Below are positions 35,618 through 44,944 of a DNA stretch of 64,000 bases, in pieces. How positions within the stretch are numbered: the stretch's first letter is position 1; each line of letters opens with the position of its first letter. Under the pieces are notes generated by a model. That model had not been told where the DNA came from and made no database searches. It saw only the letters and a program-made list of their open reading frames with translations. This stretch comes from an archaeon (GTDB lineage: Archaea; Nanobdellota; Nanobdellia; Woesearchaeales; GW2011-AR15). The stretch covers positions 2,356-66,355 of the forward strand of contig JAZDLQ010000098.1 of NCBI GenBank assembly GCA_043801855.1, given 5' to 3'. The translations under genes were made by a program, and so were the position numbers.

Positions 35618-37420
35618 ATGGGGCTTGACAAAGTCTATATTCTTGATTTTGGGTCTCAGTATGCCCATCTGATTTCCAGGCGTATCCGTGAACTCCATAT
35701 TTATTCTGAAATTGTCTCGCCAGATACACCATTAAAAATGCTTCTTGATGCTAAAGGCATAATCTTATCAGGAGGGCCTCACAATCTTTCCGAAGATGAC
35801 AGCCTAAAGTGCGATCCTAAAATTTTTTCATCAGGAATACCGGTTCTAGGGATTTGCTATGGGCATCAACTTATGGCGTATGTTCTTGGAGGAACAATCA
35901 GCAGAGGAAATACTAAGGAGTATGGTCTTGCAGCGCTTAATCTGATAAAACTAAACTCTCCATTATTTTCTGGAATAAAAACTGAAGAAAAAGTATGGAT
36001 GAGCCATGGTGATTATGTTGAAAAAATTCCAGTGGGTTTTACTGTTTGCGCTTCTACTGATGATGTAACTGTCAGCGCAATGGAAGATACTAAAAGAAAT
36101 CTATACGGCATTCAGTTCCATCCTGAAGTAACACACACAGAGTGCGGCATGAAAATACTGTATAATTTTGCTGTAAATATATGCGGCATCGTTCAGTCAT
36201 GGACAATGAATGCATACGTTGATAAAATAACTAAAGAAATAATTAGAAAATCTGCTGGAAAAAACGTCTTCCTTCTTGTTTCTGGAGGAGTTGATTCAAC
36301 AGTCTGCTTTGCGCTTCTGAATAATGCTCTTGGCAAAGAAAGAGTATTTGGGCTTCATATTGATAACGGATTCATGAGAAAAAACGAATCAAATAACATA
36401 AAAAGAGATTTATTGAAAATGGGTTTTGATAATATTGATATATGCGACGCCAGAGATACTTTTATCGATGCAATAAAAGGAGTGACTGAGCCTGAAAAAA
36501 AAAGAAACATAATAGGAAATACATTTATTGCAGTACAGCAGGATGAATTAAAAAAATCCGGTTTAAATCCTGATAACTGGATACTAGCGCAGGGCACAAT
36601 TTATCCTGATACTATTGAGAGCAGCGGGACAAAACATGCTGATTTGATAAAAACACATCACAATCGTGTACCATTAATTGAAGAGATGATTAGGCAAGGA
36701 AAAGTGATTGAACCGCTTGTTTACTTATATAAAGATGAAGTAAGAGAACTCGGAAAAGAACTTATGCTCCCTGATTCTGCAATAGAGCGGCATCCATTTC
36801 CTGGACCCGGGCTTGCAATAAGATGCCTTTGCAGCACGGGAAATGAAATAATCTGTAACAAAGACATTGCAATTGAAAAGATAAATAATATAACTAGAAA
36901 ATATAACCTGATTTGTGGAATTCTGCCTATTAAAAGCGTTGGTGTCCAAGGAGATGAAAGAACGTACAGGAATCCTGCTTTTATAACAGGAAACTGTGAT
37001 TTTAAAACACTCGAAACAATATCAACAGAAATTACAAATAATGTAATTGAAATAAATAGGGTCTTGTTGCTGCTTAATTCAAACACAATTCCTAAACTAA
37101 AAGCAAAAGAAGCATACTTAACAAAAAACAGGATTGAACTTCTTCGGGAGATTGATAATATTGTTAATGAAACTACTAAAGCCGCAGGTATTGCTAGTGA
37201 AATTTGGCAGTTTCCAGTTGTTTTGATTCCTATTGGTGATAACTATTTTGAGTCAGTTGTCCTACGACCAATTACGTCAAAAGAAGCGATGACTGCCAGG
37301 TTCTATTATATGGAAAAAATAATTCTTGATGATATTATTGAAAAAATTTTAAAATTAAATATAGACTTTATTTTTTACGATATAACAAATAAACCACCGG
37401 CAACAATAGAGTGGGAATGA
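35618..37420 (+). CDS. guaA: GMP synthase (glutamine-hydrolysing), fused long form
   Basis: GATase 'GICYGHQL', 'QFHPE', ATP-PPase 'VSGGVDSTV', and C-terminal '...KPPATIEWE'. At 600 aa it is longer than typical bacterial GuaA. Confidence 0.9.
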   Translation: MGLDKVYILDFGSQYAHLISRRIRELHIYSEIVSPDTPLKMLLDAKGIILSGGPHNLSEDDSLKCDPKIFSSGIPVLGICYGHQLMAYVLGGTISRGNTKEYGLAALNLIKLNSPLFSGIKTEEKVWMSHGDYVEKIPVGFTVCASTDDVTVSAMEDTKRNLYGIQFHPEVTHTECGMKILYNFAVNICGIVQSWTMNAYVDKITKEIIRKSAGKNVFLLVSGGVDSTVCFALLNNALGKERVFGLHIDNGFMRKNESNNIKRDLLKMGFDNIDICDARDTFIDAIKGVTEPEKKRNIIGNTFIAVQQDELKKSGLNPDNWILAQGTIYPDTIESSGTKHADLIKTHHNRVPLIEEMIRQGKVIEPLVYLYKDEVRELGKELMLPDSAIERHPFPGPGLAIRCLCSTGNEIICNKDIAIEKINNITRKYNLICGILPIKSVGVQGDERTYRNPAFITGNCDFKTLETISTEITNNVIEINRVLLLLNSNTIPKLKAKEAYLTKNRIELLREIDNIVNETTKAAGIASEIWQFPVVLIPIGDNYFESVVLRPITSKEAMTARFYYMEKIILDDIIEKILKLNIDFIFYDITNKPPATIEWE

Positions 37421-37449
37421 TAAAATTAGAGCATAAAGAGGTAGACAAA

Positions 37450-38913
37450 ATGGCAAAACTTGATAAAATAAAGCTTGGATTAACCTTTGATGATGTACTT
37501 TTGGTTCCGGCAAAATCCGAAATTGTCCCAAGCGAAGCAATCCTTAAGACAAAAGCTACAAAAAATATCAGCATGAATATTCCAATTTTTTCTTCGGCCA
37601 TGGATACAGTAACTGAAAGCGAGACTGCAATTGCTCTTGGAGTTCTTGGAGGAATAGGAATAATCCACAAAAACCTTCCTGTTGAAGAACAGGCAAAAGA
37701 GGTACGCAAAGTAAAAAGATACTCAAACTGGATAATTTCTGATCCTGTAACTATAAGCCCAGAAAATACAATACTTGAGGCAAAAGAACTTATTGAAAAA
37801 AAAGGATACTCAAGTTTTCCAGTTGTTGACAATGACAATATGCTTATTGGAATACTCACAAAAAGAGATATAAGATGCGTAAGTGATGATTCTACGCTGA
37901 TCAAGGAGGCAATGGTATTCGACCCAATAACAACGCATGTTAGTGTCACAAAGAATGAAGCACTTAAGATACTTCACGAAAACAAAATTGAAAAGCTTCC
38001 AGTAGTAGATAAGGAAGGACATCTTGCCGGCATAATTACACTCAAAGATATAGTGCGCACTCACAATTTCCCAAACGCCTGCCTCGACGGAAAAGGAAGA
38101 ATTATAGTTGGGGCAGCAATAGGACCGCATGACTTTGAAAGGGCAGCAGCTCTCGCCAAAGAAGATGTGGATATTATTGTTTTAGATACAGCGCACGGAC
38201 ACTCTAAAAATGTGATTGATGCAATTATATTCTTAAAATCAAATTACCCTAAAGTTGACATTATTGCAGGCAATGTTGCAACAATGAAAGGAACTGAAGA
38301 ATTAATACTTGCAGGAGCAGACGCAATCAAAGTAGGAATCGGGCCAGGCTCAATTTGCACAACAAGAATCGTTTCCGGAACAGGAATTCCACAGATAACT
38401 GCGATTTCAGACTGTTATTCTGCAGCAAAGAAGCAAGGCGTTCCAATTATTGCAGATGGCGGGATAAGATATTCCGGTGATCTTGCAAAAGCGCTCGCAG
38501 CAGGCGCATCCTCAGTTATGATGGGAAGCACCTTTGCAGGAACTGAAGAGAGTCCGGGTGAAATTATATTTATTGGCGGCAGAAAATACAAGCAATACAG
38601 GGGAATGGGCTCAATTAGTGCAATGATGAAAGGAAGCAAGGATAGATATTTCCAAAATGAAATAACAAGTGAAAAAAAACTTGTTGCTGAGGGAATTGAG
38701 GGAGTTGTCCCATACAAAGGAAAAATTTCAGAAGTAGTATACCAGATGCTAGGCGGACTTAGGTCTGCTATGGGATATTGTGGGACTAAAACAATAACAG
38801 AGCTAAATGAAATGTCTGAATTTATCCGAATAACAAATGCAGGATTAAAAGAGAGCCACCCCCATGATGTTATGATAACAAGCGCTGCCCCTAATTATCC
38901 TGACAAGCCGTAA
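37450..38913 (+). CDS. guaB: IMP dehydrogenase
   Basis: '[10 protein letters not shown]', CBS pair, catalytic loop '[11 protein letters not shown]' and 'GGIRYSGD'. ATG 37450 follows an AGAGG. Confidence 0.9.
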   Translation: MAKLDKIKLGLTFDDVLLVPAKSEIVPSEAILKTKATKNISMNIPIFSSAMDTVTESETAIALGVLGGIGIIHKNLPVEEQAKEVRKVKRYSNWIISDPVTISPENTILEAKELIEKKGYSSFPVVDNDNMLIGILTKRDIRCVSDDSTLIKEAMVFDPITTHVSVTKNEALKILHENKIEKLPVVDKEGHLAGIITLKDIVRTHNFPNACLDGKGRIIVGAAIGPHDFERAAALAKEDVDIIVLDTAHGHSKNVIDAIIFLKSNYPKVDIIAGNVATMKGTEELILAGADAIKVGIGPGSICTTRIVSGTGIPQITAISDCYSAAKKQGVPIIADGGIRYSGDLAKALAAGASSVMMGSTFAGTEESPGEIIFIGGRKYKQYRGMGSISAMMKGSKDRYFQNEITSEKKLVAEGIEGVVPYKGKISEVVYQMLGGLRSAMGYCGTKTITELNEMSEFIRITNAGLKESHPHDVMITSAAPNYPDKP

Positions 38914-38997
38914 TTTGAAACCTTTCTTTTTATTCTTTTTCAACAATATTTTTAAACTTGAGTTTCTTTTTCAATTTTAAAAAGGAGGGAATAAATT

Positions 38998-40074
38998 ATG
39001 TTTGAGCTAATTATAGATTATCTTTTGGCAAGGCCGATACTTAGCGCTGCTGCAATTGTAGTTGGATTTTTTATTGTATCTAAGCTTTTTGTCTGGATAG
39101 CAGAAAAAATAATATTAAGAATCACACTTAAAACCAAAACTGACCTTGACGATAAGATTGTCGCAAAAGTCAATAATCCTATCTCAATTTTACTAGTGTT
39201 GATAGGGCTTTATCTTGGATTAAAGCGAATAGATGCAACTAACATATTAAGAAGTGATATAGAAAGGAATCTCTTTTTAGTGACAGATCATGTGTTTGCT
39301 TCTCTTGTCATTTTTTTTGTTGCTATGATTATCATCCGCATCGTGAATATCCTTATTGGCCATTTTGGTGCTAAATTTGTTAAAAAAACAGAATCTAACG
39401 TAGACGACCAGTTGCTTTCTATTTTCCAAAGCGCTGCAAATGTAATATTTTACTTTGTCGCTGTTATGTATATATTGACTCTGTGGGGCGTTGATGTTAA
39501 GCCTTATCTTGCAAGTCTTGGAATTGTAGGAATTGCAATAGGTCTTGCATTGCAGGACTCGCTAAAAAACATTTTTGGCGGCCTTTCAATTATAATTGAT
39601 GGCAATATTAAAGTTGGAGATAAAATCAGGCTTGAAAGTAACCATGTGGGAATAGTTGACCAGATATCGCTTAGGTCGACAAAAATAAAAACTTTTGATA
39701 ATGAAATGATGATTATCCCTAACGGGCTTCTTGCAAACCAAAGGATTCATAATTATGCGCTTCCAACACCAATGAATAGGGTAGTTGTCCCATTTTCTGT
39801 CGCTTATGGAACTGATGTTGATAAAGTCCAAAAAACAGTTTTAAAAACAATCGCAAGCATTGAAAATACTATTAAAGATGACCCTTTGCCAGTTGTTGAT
39901 TTTATTGCAATGGGAGATTCTGCACTTAAATTTGAGGCAAAATTTTGGGTTGCAAAATATGGAGATGCCTATACTGCGAAACTTGATGCAACCAAAAAAG
40001 TGTATGATGCATTAAGGAAAGCAAAGATAGAGATTCCATTCCCGCAGATGAATGTGCATATAAAGAAAAAATAG
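38998..40074 (+). CDS. mscS: Small-conductance mechanosensitive channel (MscS family)
   Basis: Three or more TM helices, 'GIAIGLALQDSLKNIFGG' pore-helix motif, and beta-domain 'GDKIRLES..GIVDQISLRSTKIKTFDN'. GGAGGG SD upstream. Confidence 0.85.
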   Translation: MFELIIDYLLARPILSAAAIVVGFFIVSKLFVWIAEKIILRITLKTKTDLDDKIVAKVNNPISILLVLIGLYLGLKRIDATNILRSDIERNLFLVTDHVFASLVIFFVAMIIIRIVNILIGHFGAKFVKKTESNVDDQLLSIFQSAANVIFYFVAVMYILTLWGVDVKPYLASLGIVGIAIGLALQDSLKNIFGGLSIIIDGNIKVGDKIRLESNHVGIVDQISLRSTKIKTFDNEMMIIPNGLLANQRIHNYALPTPMNRVVVPFSVAYGTDVDKVQKTVLKTIASIENTIKDDPLPVVDFIAMGDSALKFEAKFWVAKYGDAYTAKLDATKKVYDALRKAKIEIPFPQMNVHIKKK

Positions 40075-40141
40075 AAGACAGAAGGCATTATTTTTTATTG
40101 TTGCTTTATAAGAAATCTTATTGTTTTTTTCTTATCAAAAG

Positions 40142-40151
40142 TTTTATATTA
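40142..40151 (+). promoter_or_regulatory. TATA-like box (TTTTATATTA) about 30 nt upstream of ATG 40177
   Basis: The position fits an archaeal-type promoter for a leaderless transcript. Confidence 0.3.
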
Positions 40152-40176
40152 TAACCTCTTTTTTAGAATAATAAAT

Positions 40177-40824
40177 ATGGCCCAGGACTTATTCGAAGTA
40201 GAAACTGACCCAATTCTTTCAGCTTATAACGAAGAGGATATTAAAACTTTCGTACATGACCTATTCTTGGCATTCCAGGTTGCAAGCAGGATAGATGAAG
40301 CATATGGAGAAGGTGCAAGCGGGAAAACAGGAAAAAATATAGACAGTTTTAAATTATTTATTCAGGATTGGAACAAAAAATATAGGGATATCCTGCTTAA
40401 ATTTAGCGTTACAAGCATCGAATGCCGGCTTGACTTATTTATATATGATACGATAAAAAATTCTGCAAATATCGCATCAAAAATGAAAAGGTTTAAACAG
40501 GCAAAATTATACAGGAAAAACGGAAAAATTGAGCTTGAAGCAACTTTTGAATGCAGTGATGCCAGCACCAATGAAAATACTCTTAATCTAATCCAGGATG
40601 GCAATTTACTTCGGATGATTTACAATAAAGAAGATATGCTTAATGCCAAAAGCCCGGAATTCAAGCTCTGCGCATATTATGGCTTAAAAAACGGATTTGT
40701 TAGAGAAATAGACCTTAAAAAATACAGCCAAGAGTTCTCATTTGACTTAACAGCAGAATCCTCAAAAGGCGAAGGAGAAGGCTGGGGAAGAAGATATGCT
40801 GATATTGTGTTTAGCAGAAACTAG
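40177..40824 (+). CDS. Hypothetical protein (215 aa)
   Basis: Intact ORF convergent with the surface operon. No motif recognised. Confidence 0.45.
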   Translation: MAQDLFEVETDPILSAYNEEDIKTFVHDLFLAFQVASRIDEAYGEGASGKTGKNIDSFKLFIQDWNKKYRDILLKFSVTSIECRLDLFIYDTIKNSANIASKMKRFKQAKLYRKNGKIELEATFECSDASTNENTLNLIQDGNLLRMIYNKEDMLNAKSPEFKLCAYYGLKNGFVREIDLKKYSQEFSFDLTAESSKGEGEGWGRRYADIVFSRN

Positions 40825-40840
40825 TTTCCTTTAATATCTT

Positions 40841-43800
40841 TTACCCGCTTACAGCCATAAAAACAACTTTTCCGTTGCATGTTCCCATTGTGTTAAACGG
40901 GATTTTTAATTTCCAATATAACTGCTTAGAAGATTGCTCTGCTGTGTCCTGCACAGATATGTTCAAATCAACTGCATTAGGGCTTAGCCTTCCTCCAAGC
41001 AGCAACATGTCAGTGAAAACTTCCCAGGCAGAAAGCGAATAACGCTGATAACTTAGAGGTATTATTCCGGTTTCACATGTCATAGATAAATTATCATTTT
41101 CTGAATTAGCATAACCGAAAAACTGCAAGTCAGTCTGGATATTTCCATAATTAGTAATATTTGCAATAATGTCAGATGATTCCTGATCGACTTTCAGATT
41201 GCCGTAGTTAAGAATGCTTGGCTCAATACTTATTGCAATTAATTCATTTAATGTAACATTCAAAATAGTTGAGTTAGAGGCATTAATAATATCTAATACA
41301 AAAGGGTTACATTGCCATGTACCATTGAGCGAGTAATACTTGAGTGCAAATGTGCAGTTGAATCCTGCATTTTTTGAGTCAAATGAAGTCAATACGCAGC
41401 TTGAATTTGTATAATGTGTGCTTGAATTGTCCGCTGAGATATTGGTTAAGCCCATATCCGCATTAAAGAATGTTGCATTTATTGAGGTAATATCTGAAAT
41501 TCCATCATTATCAAAAACAGTACCGTTACAGGATACAAAAGTATCCAAAGCAGCAACCAGATTAATTGGATTATTCATTGAAACTGAATTTATTCTGGGA
41601 AGATCATTTATTGTCAGATTGTATCTTCCTGTCGCACCGGTTAATTCAACTGCATCAGTGCAATTTATCTGCCAGTCGTTTTCTTTAGTTGTTATATCAA
41701 TTGTAAAATTAAGAATTACTGTCTTCTGAGGAGATTCAATAGTGTCCTGTTCCAAACCGTTTACAAATATAGTACAATTGCTTATTTCTGATGCATCTGT
41801 TACTGAATAAAAAAAAGAAACTGGATTATTAAGCCGTGAATTGTTTTGTGGAGAAATGATACTTATCTGCGGAGGAGCAAGATCAATAGATGTTATATTG
41901 TAAACGGTTGCACTGCTTTTATTTTCAAGATTCAATAAATCTGATGCGCACTGCGCAAACACATTAATATCTGAAGAGCCTGTCCCATTTACTGAAATAT
42001 TAAATACAGCAATTTGCGAATTTCCAAAGTTAATATTGCCAAGAGTTATAGTATAAGAAGGAATTGCAATAAATATTCCTGGCTTTGAAAAACTTACTGT
42101 TGCGTTACAGTTTACTCCGTTTCCTCCAAGAATTGTAACATTTGCCGTCACATTGAAATCAGATAAAACTTCTGTATTATTTGCAGGCACTATTATTCGC
42201 ACGCTTGCCTCACTTGGCCTTGTCCTGTTAAGAGTCACATTGATATAAGTTGTTGTTAGCGCAAGTGTCTTGTATGTTTCACCGTAATTTGTAGTATTCC
42301 ATGCGCGAACAACAATGGTGTCACCAGTAACGCCATTTATTGTAACACCATAAAATCCTCCAAGCCCAGGTATCGGTGGCCCTGACGTGTATATAAGTAT
42401 TGTATATGAATTCACAATATCTGTTGCACGAACAGGCGTTCCAATCGGAACCTGTGCAATTCCGTTTGATGAAAAAACAAATCCCTGCAAAGGATGCGGA
42501 GTAGGAGGGTCAGCACGTAAACAAGGAAGAATTAAAAGCGAATATAAGATTAAAGATAACAATAAAAATTTTGGTCTTTTATTTTTAATAGCCATAATTA
42601 TAACTGCTATTAAGATTACAAATAAAGATAATATTGAAAAAGCGCCAATTATCTTTTTATTTTCAAGGCCACTTTTTGAATAATCAAGATAAATGTCCTG
42701 ATTAAGGTAATCTCCTGTTATAAGAACTTCTACTTCTTTTTTTTGCATACCATCCCTGAACTCAAGGGTTATTCTGTCTCCCTTTTCTGCATTTATTTTA
42801 GCTGAATAGAAGCTCTTTATATTTCCAGGGCCTGTTGTATAACCGCTGTAAGCAGCTGCTGTCTTTTTATTTTTAACAGTAAAAGAAATTGGTGAAGAGA
42901 GTGTTTTATTATCCTTGTAGAATACATTTCCTGCAACAAAAACAGTTGGAGTAATTATCAAGTTCTCATTAGTTATTGCAGGGCTTAATAGTGAAACATC
43001 CGGTAAAGTGTATGAACCTATTGCGAAAATGCCAAGTGAATCAAGCGTTGATTCAAAAAAGAAATAATCAGAATTCTCTGCCTGATAATTCAGTTCTTTT
43101 TTATTCCAGGTTCCGCTGCTGTATGAATACAAAGATATACTTTCCTTATTAATATTATATTTATTTAGCCATTCTTTTGAAATTTTAAAGTATGATTTTA
43201 TAGAAACAAAATTTATTCTTGCAGATTCATCATCACCTAAGTCTTCTGAAGAAATATCAAGATAGCGATACACAAAAATATCAGGAGAAACTGATATTTT
43301 ATCAGGCCTAAGTTCATCGCTATCGATAATTATTCCTATTTCCGATGTGTTATCATTTGTTTCAATTATTATTTTGTCTATAACATCATTTGGAGTGAAT
43401 CTTACTGTCTGTGAAAAATCTTCATCAACAGAAATAATGCTTTCTGGCGCCGCAAAAACAGAAAACGTTCTGAATAAGAACAGATTTTTAAGTGTTACAT
43501 CAACAGTTATAACAAAAGATTGCACTGTCTCTTCCTGGCCGTCACTTGCTTGGATTCTGACGCTAACGCTGTCATAAAACGGATTGACTGGAAGCCATAG
43601 TATTCTTCCTGTCAATTTATTTATGCGCATGCCTCTTGGCGCTTCAAGCAGCTTATATGTAATTCTATCATTGTCAGGATCAATTGCCTTCACATAATAA
43701 CTATATAATCTCAAAAGAGATGCTTTTTTTAGCGGCTGTGAAGTGATTACTGGTGCATCATTCACATTTATTACTGTAAGATTGTATGATTGTTTTGCAA

Positions 43801-44944
43801 TTCCTCCGTTTGAATCATCGGCAATGATTGTCACTTCATTAATACCAACATTTTCATTAAGAGATGTCCAACTAATTATGCCATTCATACTATCAATTTC
43901 CATGCCGCTGGGTGATTTTTCAAGCGAATATGAAATAAGATCATTATCTAAGTCATACGCATCTGCGTCATAATAATATAAGAAATCCTCCAGCACAGAA
44001 GTAGCAGGAAATGTAGTAAAATAAGGTGCGCTATTTTCTTTTTCACTTACATATATCTGGAAGGTTACATAAGATGAATTTTTCCCGTCATAGGCATTTA
44101 CTGTAACATTATTTTCACCAACATCTTCAATAGAAGGGAGATAGCTTAGATTTCCAGTTGCTATGTTAATCGAAAGATTTTGTGGCGATTCTATAATAGA
44201 ATATTGAATTGGATCATTGTCAAGATCTTTTGCAAGGATAGAGCAAGTGTATAATATTCCAACAGTTGCATTCATGCATGTTGTTCCAATTATCTGAGGT
44301 ACATGATTTATTGCTTCAACATAAATTGAAAAAAATTGCGTAGTATTAATCAAAGAATCGCTTACTGCAACAACAACATCATTTTGCCCTGTTTGATCTT
44401 TGTCTGGAAGCCATGTAATTATTCCGCTTGATTGGTTGATAGTCATATTATCTGGGTAAACTAGAAGCATATAAGTCAGGAGATCATTATTTTCATCAAT
44501 TGCATCAACATCGTAAAAATACAATAAAGATTCTGTTGCATTAGTTATGGGGCTTGTTGTGATAATTGGAGCTATATTTTGAATAGAAATATCAAGATAG
44601 AGATTAATATTATGCATTGAAGATGCATTTAATATTATTGTCCTGTTTGCTTCACTATATCCGCTACTAGCAATTATTAATACCTCATCTCCTGCCTGAG
44701 CCGGAAATGATACTGAATATTTCCCGGTATTTTTTCCCTGGCCAATGTGCCCAGATATAAAATATCCAGAATTTAAATTTGTAAAATTAATCGTAACAAA
44801 TGAAGGAGCCTGAGCACTTGCGCTTCTGTCAAATACAGTTCCGTCTAAGCCAAAAGGGAATGGGTACGATGAGGCAAATTGTGCTACTACTGCTAGTAAA
44901 ACAAAGATACAAGTTAGCCTCATTATGTTATTTTTCATTATCAT
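40841..44944 (-). CDS. Large surface protein (1367 aa): signal peptide, four cadherin-like/He_PIG-type Ig repeats, central TM hairpin, C-terminal shared two-domain module
   Basis: Signal 'MRLTCIFVLLAVVAQFASS'. Repeats of the type 'YxYDVxAxDxDNDxLxYxL...P.GM.I....G.I.W.P'. ATGA overlap with the 4008-aa gene stop. An internal ATG at 42595 could start a separate 584-aa product. Confidence 0.7.
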   Translation of the reverse strand: MIMKNNIMRLTCIFVLLAVVAQFASSYPFPFGLDGTVFDRSASAQAPSFVTINFTNLNSGYFISGHIGQGKNTGKYSVSFPAQAGDEVLIIASSGYSEANRTIILNASSMHNINLYLDISIQNIAPIITTSPITNATESLLYFYDVDAIDENNDLLTYMLLVYPDNMTINQSSGIITWLPDKDQTGQNDVVVAVSDSLINTTQFFSIYVEAINHVPQIIGTTCMNATVGILYTCSILAKDLDNDPIQYSIIESPQNLSINIATGNLSYLPSIEDVGENNVTVNAYDGKNSSYVTFQIYVSEKENSAPYFTTFPATSVLEDFLYYYDADAYDLDNDLISYSLEKSPSGMEIDSMNGIISWTSLNENVGINEVTIIADDSNGGIAKQSYNLTVINVNDAPVITSQPLKKASLLRLYSYYVKAIDPDNDRITYKLLEAPRGMRINKLTGRILWLPVNPFYDSVSVRIQASDGQEETVQSFVITVDVTLKNLFLFRTFSVFAAPESIISVDEDFSQTVRFTPNDVIDKIIIETNDNTSEIGIIIDSDELRPDKISVSPDIFVYRYLDISSEDLGDDESARINFVSIKSYFKISKEWLNKYNINKESISLYSYSSGTWNKKELNYQAENSDYFFFESTLDSLGIFAIGSYTLPDVSLLSPAITNENLIITPTVFVAGNVFYKDNKTLSSPISFTVKNKKTAAAYSGYTTGPGNIKSFYSAKINAEKGDRITLEFRDGMQKKEVEVLITGDYLNQDIYLDYSKSGLENKKIIGAFSILSLFVILIAVIIMAIKNKRPKFLLLSLILYSLLILPCLRADPPTPHPLQGFVFSSNGIAQVPIGTPVRATDIVNSYTILIYTSGPPIPGLGGFYGVTINGVTGDTIVVRAWNTTNYGETYKTLALTTTYINVTLNRTRPSEASVRIIVPANNTEVLSDFNVTANVTILGGNGVNCNATVSFSKPGIFIAIPSYTITLGNINFGNSQIAVFNISVNGTGSSDINVFAQCASDLLNLENKSSATVYNITSIDLAPPQISIISPQNNSRLNNPVSFFYSVTDASEISNCTIFVNGLEQDTIESPQKTVILNFTIDITTKENDWQINCTDAVELTGATGRYNLTINDLPRINSVSMNNPINLVAALDTFVSCNGTVFDNDGISDITSINATFFNADMGLTNISADNSSTHYTNSSCVLTSFDSKNAGFNCTFALKYYSLNGTWQCNPFVLDIINASNSTILNVTLNELIAISIEPSILNYGNLKVDQESSDIIANITNYGNIQTDLQFFGYANSENDNLSMTCETGIIPLSYQRYSLSAWEVFTDMLLLGGRLSPNAVDLNISVQDTAEQSSKQLYWKLKIPFNTMGTCNGKVVFMAVSG

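Noticed and set aside
37368-37949. 193-aa minus-strand ORF overlapping the guaA end and guaB start.
   Set aside because: It is antisense to two highly conserved genes. It has Ser/Ile/Phe-rich low-complexity translation typical of the reverse frame of AT-rich coding DNA.
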